Assembly (NCBI GenBank): GCA_024685995.1
Contig: JAIBDY010000008.1
Span: 1-24,000 of the forward strand
Source of the DNA: Piscirickettsiaceae bacterium
GTDB lineage: Bacteria; Pseudomonadota; Gammaproteobacteria; Nitrosococcales; Methylophagaceae
Length of the DNA stretch: 24,000 nucleotides
Reading direction: 5' to 3'
Part shown: in pieces, positions 18,749 through 24,000 of the stretch
Layout of the letters: each line of letters opens with the position of its first letter
How positions within the stretch are numbered: the stretch's first letter is position 1
Notes under the pieces: generated by a model
The model's input: only the letters and a program-made list of their open reading frames with translations
Databases searched by the model: none
Told to the model about the DNA's origin: nothing
Program-made: the position numbers and the translations under genes

Positions 18749-19977
18749 CTAATGTGGTTTGGCCATTAGGTATTGGTAAACCCCAGTGTGACCGGTTCGG
18801 AAAGCGGCCTCACAATAGGATAAATAATAGCGCCACATGCGGATAAAGCGCTTATCGTATCCCAGTGTTTCTACTTGATGGACAACATCATTAAAGCGCT
18901 GATGCCAGAGTAAGACCGTACGTTCATAATCACGGCTATAGTTAGTGGCCCGTTCGATCGCAAGTCCTGCATGCTGGGCGTGCTGAGCAAAGATTTCCGG
19001 AGAGGGCAACATACCACCAGGAAAGATATAACGTTGAATAAAGTCGACATTTTGTCGATATTGGTCAAAATATTGATGGTCAATAGTGATGGTTTGTAAG
19101 GCTATCTTGCCGCCGGGTTTTAGGCGTGAAAACAGCATATCAAAAAAATCAGGCCAATACGCTTCACCAACAGCTTCAAACATTTCAATACTCACAATAT
19201 GATCGAAGGGTTGTTTTAAATGCCGATAGTCTTGCAAGCGTAAGTCGACAAGTTCATTCAAGCCGGCATCATGAACGCGCTGTTTTGCCCAAGCCAGTTG
19301 CTCGGTCGATAAGGTAATGGCTGTCACGCGATAACCTTGTTTAGCCGCATGTTCGGCAAAACCGCCCCAACCACAACCGACTTCTAGAATATGTTGTCCT
19401 GGTGACGCGTTGATAGAAGCTAATAATTGTTGATACTTTCGAGTCTGGGCTCGTTCTAGGGATTCATTGGGGGCAGCGAAGATGGCGCTGGAATAGGTCA
19501 TGGTCGAGTCGAGCCATAAGCGATAGAAGTCATTGCCCAGATCATAATGTGCTGCAATATTTCGACGGCTACCTCGTTCGCTATTACGTCGGGCTAAGTG
19601 ACGCAAGCGATGAAATAGGCGGACAAAACTATTGGCTTCGATATGCGTCGATAACGCGGTTAAGTTCAGAGTGGCCCAATACAAAAAATCGGATAAATTA
19701 CGGGTATCCCAATCCCCTTGAATATAGGCTTCGGCAAAACCGATATCGCCATCACTAGTTAATTTTTTAATGATTTTCAATGCATTGTATATGGTGATAT
19801 TGGCATCGGGCCCCGTTTGTTTGCCCTCGACAAGATAAGTTTCATTACCAATATGAATATGAAGTCGGCCTTGTTGACAAGTCGATAGCATACGATAGAG
19901 TAACTTGATGACAATCGGTGCTCTAGGGTCTGGCAATAATGTTATTTGCGCGTTTTGACTATCCATTCGCTTTTCAC
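18749..19977 (-). CDS. Cyclopropane-fatty-acyl-phospholipid synthase family SAM methyltransferase
   Basis: HYDLGNDFYRLWLDSTMTYSSAIFAAPNESLERAQTRKYQQLL, VGCGWGGFAEHAAKQGYRVTAITLSTEQLAWA, FDHIVSIEMFEAVGEAYWPDFF, QTITIDHQYFDQYRQNVDFIQRYIFPGGMLPS. Start assigned to MDSQNAQ (19977); the ORF extends to 20044. Confidence 0.93.
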
Positions 19978-20721
19978 CTCTTGTTGTCCTTCTTGATAAG
20001 AATGAAATTTTCCTCCCCGAAGCCATATTTTCAATGCTTGCCAATGGATCATGAACATAATTTTGAAAGACATCATGGGCATCATAAAAAAGGCTTTGAG
20101 CAAATGCCGGTTGTTTAATTCTGTCAGCGTCGTGTTTTGCGATGCAATAAGATGGAGTTGTCCATTTTGATATTCGTTTATTAAAACTCCCAAACTGGAC
20201 TTAGATTGACTGAATTTAAAGTGATATTGTTGATTCATACCAATAAACGGTGATACGTGAAAACGTTTGTCGGCAATACACTCCACAGGCCATTGCAAAC
20301 TGTTACCTTTGGAGTGGTGGACGTAATGGTAAACGCCGCCAAAGGTATTACTGACCTCACTGATAATCGCGATCGTTTCCCCCTGACTGTTGTCACAATA
20401 CCAAACGGCTATGGGGTTAAAGCCGTAGCCTAAAACACGTGGGAAACACGATAAGCGAATGCGCACAGCATCATCAATACCAGCATCGGCTAAGGTGCTT
20501 TCTACCCATGGCCGCCAAGCAGAACCATCCCGTGGGCCATGGTCTTGTGTTCGGACACTGAGTAAATTAAATCGATCTACACTTAACCATTTTAAAGCGG
20601 CGGCTTCTTGCTCAATAAGATCAATATCAATCAATAAGCCAAAAACACGATAGTTAAAGCGGTAGGCCATCGGCATCATCCGTTGATGCATGACATGTCC
20701 AAAAAACAGTTTACTCGCCAT
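19942..20721 (-). CDS. DUF1365 domain protein
   Basis: LFFGHVMHQRMMPMAYRFNYRVFGLLIDID ... CFPRVLGYGFNPIAVWYCDN ... EVSNTFGGVYHYV; ATG at 20721 preferred over the track start at 20739. Confidence 0.9.
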   Translation of the reverse strand: MASKLFFGHVMHQRMMPMAYRFNYRVFGLLIDIDLIEQEAAALKWLSVDRFNLLSVRTQDHGPRDGSAWRPWVESTLADAGIDDAVRIRLSCFPRVLGYGFNPIAVWYCDNSQGETIAIISEVSNTFGGVYHYVHHSKGNSLQWPVECIADKRFHVSPFIGMNQQYHFKFSQSKSSLGVLINEYQNGQLHLIASQNTTLTELNNRHLLKAFFMMPMMSFKIMFMIHWQALKIWLRGGKFHSYQEGQQEVKSEWIVKTRK

Positions 20722-20723
20722 GG

Positions 20724-22007
20724 TTACCTCCGTTCCCAAGGAATAGGCACGGCTAGCTGTTTAGCAACAGAAACGGCCGAACTTAACGCGTCTTCATGAA
20801 AGCCATAACCAAAATAACTACCGGCAAACCAAGTTCTATTTTGTCCTTGCAATTGCTGAAGCTGTGATTGTGTGGCCATCGCCTGAAGATCAAAGACAGG
20901 ATGCATATACTGAATCCGTCGAATAATCTTGTCTGGGTCTATCTGGTGAATCGGATTTAAGCTAACAAAATAGTCTTGAGATGGCTCCAACCCTTGCAAG
21001 GCATTCATCCAATAGCTAACAGACAGCGATGGCGTTGCCCCACCACTTTGCTTGGCAAGGTAGTTCCAGCAAGACCATACTTTAGGATGAGTTGGCATCA
21101 GATTAGGATCGGTATGTAAATAGGTGTCGTTTTCTTGATAATGAAATGCAGACAAGACAGCGTGTTCTTTAGCTGTCGTGTCTGCAAGCAGAGACAAAGC
21201 CTCATCAGCATGGGTGGCGATAACGACTTGATCGACGTTGTGTTGTTGACCATCTTCTAAAGTAATGGTCACTATATTCGCTTTTCTGTCGACCTTTTTA
21301 ACGCCATTATTCACAATAACCTCTCCCGAATATGAAGCCAATAATTTGTCAACATAGCGTTGGCTACCACCCACAACGGTACGCCATTGTGGACGATTAT
21401 TAACATTTAATAGGCCATGGTTATCGAAAAACTGAGCAAAATTTTTGGCTGGGAATGACTGCATTTGCTGTGGCGGGCAAGACCAAATCGCTGCGGCCAT
21501 CGGCAGTAAATAATCGTTCTGCATGGCCTCGCCAATGCGAAGCTGTGAGAGCAAGTCACCTAAAGAGAGCGTCGGATCGGCTTGCTTATCGTTAATAAAT
21601 GCTTTGGCATGTCGGTTAAATCTAACAATGTCATAGATGAATTTAATGAATCGAGGTGATACCAGATTCCGCCGCTGGGCGAATAAGGTATCTAAGTTGT
21701 TACCGGCATATTCTAATCCCGAGTCTAAAATCGATGCCGAGAAGGTCATATTGGTCGGGCGTGTTGTTACCCCTAGGGTATCAAATAAGCCAACCAAATT
21801 AGGGTAGTTAGGTTCGTTGTAGACGATAAATCCGGTATCGACCGGCGTGTCCAACCCTGTCTGGGCATTGCTTACCGAGATAGTGTTGGTGTGGCCACCA
21901 ATATAAGCGTTTTTGTCGATCAACAGTATTTGATAGCGTTGACTCAATAGCCAAGCACTAGCCATACCCGCAATGCCCGATCCGATAACCGCTATTTTTG
22001 TCGTCAA
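20724..22007 (-). CDS. FAD/NAD(P)-dependent amine-oxidase-like protein
   Basis: KIAVIGSGIAGMASAWLLSQRYQILLIDKNAYIGGHTNT, DTGFIVYNEPNYPNLVGLF, CQGS-like WFAGSYFGYGFHEDALSSAVSVAKQL; TTG start. Confidence 0.92.
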   Translation of the reverse strand: MTTKIAVIGSGIAGMASAWLLSQRYQILLIDKNAYIGGHTNTISVSNAQTGLDTPVDTGFIVYNEPNYPNLVGLFDTLGVTTRPTNMTFSASILDSGLEYAGNNLDTLFAQRRNLVSPRFIKFIYDIVRFNRHAKAFINDKQADPTLSLGDLLSQLRIGEAMQNDYLLPMAAAIWSCPPQQMQSFPAKNFAQFFDNHGLLNVNNRPQWRTVVGGSQRYVDKLLASYSGEVIVNNGVKKVDRKANIVTITLEDGQQHNVDQVVIATHADEALSLLADTTAKEHAVLSAFHYQENDTYLHTDPNLMPTHPKVWSCWNYLAKQSGGATPSLSVSYWMNALQGLEPSQDYFVSLNPIHQIDPDKIIRRIQYMHPVFDLQAMATQSQLQQLQGQNRTWFAGSYFGYGFHEDALSSAVSVAKQLAVPIPWERR

Positions 22008-22125
22008 TATTTCGCCCCCAAGTCCGTGACGTAGTGATGTCTCATAACGTCGTTATTTTGAGAAAATATCTTTTGTTGCAGACGGTGCAGACCCACAGAC
22101 TTTCGTTGAGTTATGCCCGATTGTG

Positions 22126-22323
22126 CTACCCGATTTGCCACGGGATACTCAAGGCCTGAATGTCGTCGGGGTGTTCATAAGAAGTGACAATGATTTTTAA
22201 CTTAAGTGCCAAATCAGTGTGAGCGATATTGCTGTTAGCTTTCTCAGAGACAGAGGCTGTCATGCTGGCTGCATGAAAATAAGATGCTCCATTCTTCATG
22301 GCTAAAACCACTTTATGGTTCAT
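22126..22323 (-). CDS. Small hypothetical ORF (65 aa) overlapping the TIGR01777 stop codon
   Basis: Open frame whose ATG overlaps the upstream gene's end; it fills much of an otherwise empty intra-operon gap. No recognised domain and no clear RBS. Confidence 0.25.
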   Translation of the reverse strand: MNHKVVLAMKNGASYFHAASMTASVSEKANSNIAHTDLALKLKIIVTSYEHPDDIQALSIPWQIG

Positions 22324-23236
22324 GACGTTGCTGGCTGTTGAAAAAAAGATGGTTCAAGGCATGCGTTAATGTTGAGTAGCTAAAACGAAAGCCATTGGCT
22401 GTGGCGCGTTGTGGTATGGCGCGTTGTCCGGTCAGCAATAAACGTGACATCTCTCCAAGAGTGGTTCTTAATAACCATGCGGGGACTGGCAGAGTGAGAT
22501 AATGCCGTGTCTGTTTAATGAGTGCTGCGGTGAAGGCTTGATTGGTGACGGGGTTGGGGGAGCAGGCATTGAAGACGCCATTTAAGTGTTCATGATGCGC
22601 CAAAAACATTAACAAACGGACCATGTCCGCGATATGGATCCAAGGCATATATTGCTCACCAGTGCCGATATGGCCACCCATGCCTAGCTTAAAAGGCAAG
22701 CTCATTTTTTGTAAGATACCACCCGCTGACGATAACACTAGCCCTGTTCTGACAATACAGACCCTGATCCCCGAATGTTCTGCGCGTAAAGCTTGTTTCT
22801 CCCATGCATCACATAGCTGGTGGGTATACTCATCATGATAATAAGATTGCTCCGTTAATATCCTGCCTTGACCATCACCATACCAACCGACAGCCGAGCC
22901 GCTAATCAGGCATGCGGGTGGTTGTTTTCTAACACGCATCCAATCCACAAGTTGATGTGTAAGATTGATACGGCTGGAGGCTAATAAGGCTTTACGCTGG
23001 GCTGACCATCTCGTATTAGCAATCGGCTCGCCGGCCAAGTTGATCACAATATCAATGGTGGTGTCAGAGGGGATATTGCTCAAAGATTGGACAGCTTTAA
23101 CCTCCATACCGCATTTACTTTTTACAGTATCTGGGCGTCGACTCAACACGGTGACGTGATGGCCGTCAGTGGTTAACTGCCGACACAGTGCGGAACCAAT
23201 TAAGCCTGTACCGCCTGTTATCAAATAATGTTTCAT
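22313..23236 (-). CDS. TIGR01777 family oxidoreductase (YfcH-like epimerase)
   Basis: MKHYLITGGTGLIGSALCRQLTTDGHHVTVLSR, VINLAGEPIANTRWSAQRK, SGSAVGWYGD, MPWIHIADMVRLLMF; ATG at 23236. Confidence 0.93.
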   Translation of the reverse strand: MKHYLITGGTGLIGSALCRQLTTDGHHVTVLSRRPDTVKSKCGMEVKAVQSLSNIPSDTTIDIVINLAGEPIANTRWSAQRKALLASSRINLTHQLVDWMRVRKQPPACLISGSAVGWYGDGQGRILTEQSYYHDEYTHQLCDAWEKQALRAEHSGIRVCIVRTGLVLSSAGGILQKMSLPFKLGMGGHIGTGEQYMPWIHIADMVRLLMFLAHHEHLNGVFNACSPNPVTNQAFTAALIKQTRHYLTLPVPAWLLRTTLGEMSRLLLTGQRAIPQRATANGFRFSYSTLTHALNHLFFNSQQRHEP

Positions 23237-23280
23237 CAAATATACACCTTAGCGTGAAGGAGACTTGATGTTGGCATTAT

Positions 23281-23304
23281 TATACAAATAAATATTCTTG
23301 TACA
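23281..23304. promoter_or_regulatory. Candidate operator TATACA-N12-TGTACA (LitR/PplR-like MerR-family box) in divergent promoter
   Basis: TATACA 23281-23286, 12-bp spacer, TGTACA 23299-23304, between divergent genes starting at 23236 (-) and 23350 (+). A leftward -10 TATAAT (23279-23284) and a -35-like TTGTAC (23300-23305) overlap it; a rightward TTGTAC (23298-23303) overlaps the right half-site. Confidence 0.55.
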
Positions 23305-23349
23305 ACTATTTGGCGCTTGTTAGTCTATTACTGAAGATGAGGGGGTGAT

Positions 23350-24000
23350 ATGAAAATCAAGGTTGGGATCAGTAGTTGTCTGTTGGGCAACGAGGTGCGT
23401 TTCGATGGTGGCCATAAGCATTCGACACTCTGTAGTGAGGAGCTAGCCCGCTATTTTGACTTTGTTGCAGAATGTCCAGAGGTTGGAATAGGGCTAGGGA
23501 TCCCCAGAAAACCAATTCGTTTAATCGGTGATGTCAACGCCCCTTCAATGGTGTCAACGCATGATGAGAGCATCGATCATACCGACAAAATGCTTGAATT
23601 TAGCCACCGAAAGGCAAAGGAGCATTCAGATCTCTGCGGGTATATCTTTATGAAAAACTCACCCAGTTGCGGCCTCTTTCGCGTCAAGGTGTATCAAGAC
23701 AACGGTTATCCTGCAAAAGAGCCTGGTAGGGGCGTTTATGCCCGCATCATAACCGAAAAAAATCCATTGTTACCAGTAGAAGAATCTGGCAGATTAACCG
23801 ACCCAGCATTACGGGAAAATTTTATTGGCCGTGTATTTGCCTACCATAACTGGCAACAGTTAATACGGTCGGACTTGAGCTATCACAGCATTATCGACTT
23901 TCATTCACGTTATAAATATAGCTTGATGGCGCATGCGCCGGCGAGCTATGTTGAGTTAGGTAGAATGTTAGCGGATGCAGGTAAACATGACGTCGCTAGC
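23350..24000 (+). CDS. DUF523/DUF1722 (YbgA-like) protein, truncated by window end
   Basis: Manual translation from ATG 23350: MKIKVGISSCLLGNEVRFDGGHKHSTLCSEELARYFDFVAECPEVGIGLGIPRKPIRLIGD...FMKNSPSCGLFRVKVY...LTDPALRENFIGRVFAYHNWQ; open to the window end. Absent from the ORF track, presumably because it has no stop. Confidence 0.93.
   Translation, partial: MKIKVGISSCLLGNEVRFDGGHKHSTLCSEELARYFDFVAECPEVGIGLGIPRKPIRLIGDVNAPSMVSTHDESIDHTDKMLEFSHRKAKEHSDLCGYIFMKNSPSCGLFRVKVYQDNGYPAKEPGRGVYARIITEKNPLLPVEESGRLTDPALRENFIGRVFAYHNWQQLIRSDLSYHSIIDFHSRYKYSLMAHAPASYVELGRMLADAGKHDVAS

Noticed and set aside
1-24000. CRISPR arrays, transposases, integrases, toxin-antitoxin or defence modules
   Set aside because: Looked for regularly spaced repeats and hallmark proteins by eye; none found.

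Overview
Chromosomal window, gammaproteobacterium-like by gene content. From left to right it contains: (1) the 3' part of a PfkB-family sugar kinase; (2) a gene-poor stretch with an apparent 3' fragment of tRNA-Leu(UAA) followed by an intact terminator, plus a small lipoprotein; (3) a methyl-accepting chemotaxis protein followed by about 780 bp without an annotated gene; (4) a DUF2868/DUF3482 membrane protein and GTPase pair; (5) a compact four-gene archaic-type chaperone-usher operon (SCPU pilin, chaperone, usher, two-domain SCPU tip protein); (6) nhaR, divergent from an HPF/RaiA-like gene and a YccA-type Bax1-I protein; (7) a dense lipid/redox/photostress-type cluster (SDR + NTF2-like, convergent with TIGR01777, FAD-oxidoreductase, DUF1365, Cfa-like methyltransferase, MFS, DUF3833 and chalcone-isomerase-like genes), and the start of a YbgA-like (DUF523/DUF1722) gene. 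The most interesting non-coding signal is TATACA-N12-TGTACA in the divergent promoter at 23281-23304. It matches the operator consensus I recall for class II LitR/PplR light regulators and overlaps plausible promoter elements. I see no CRISPR array, transposase, integrase, toxin-antitoxin pair or recognisable defence system.
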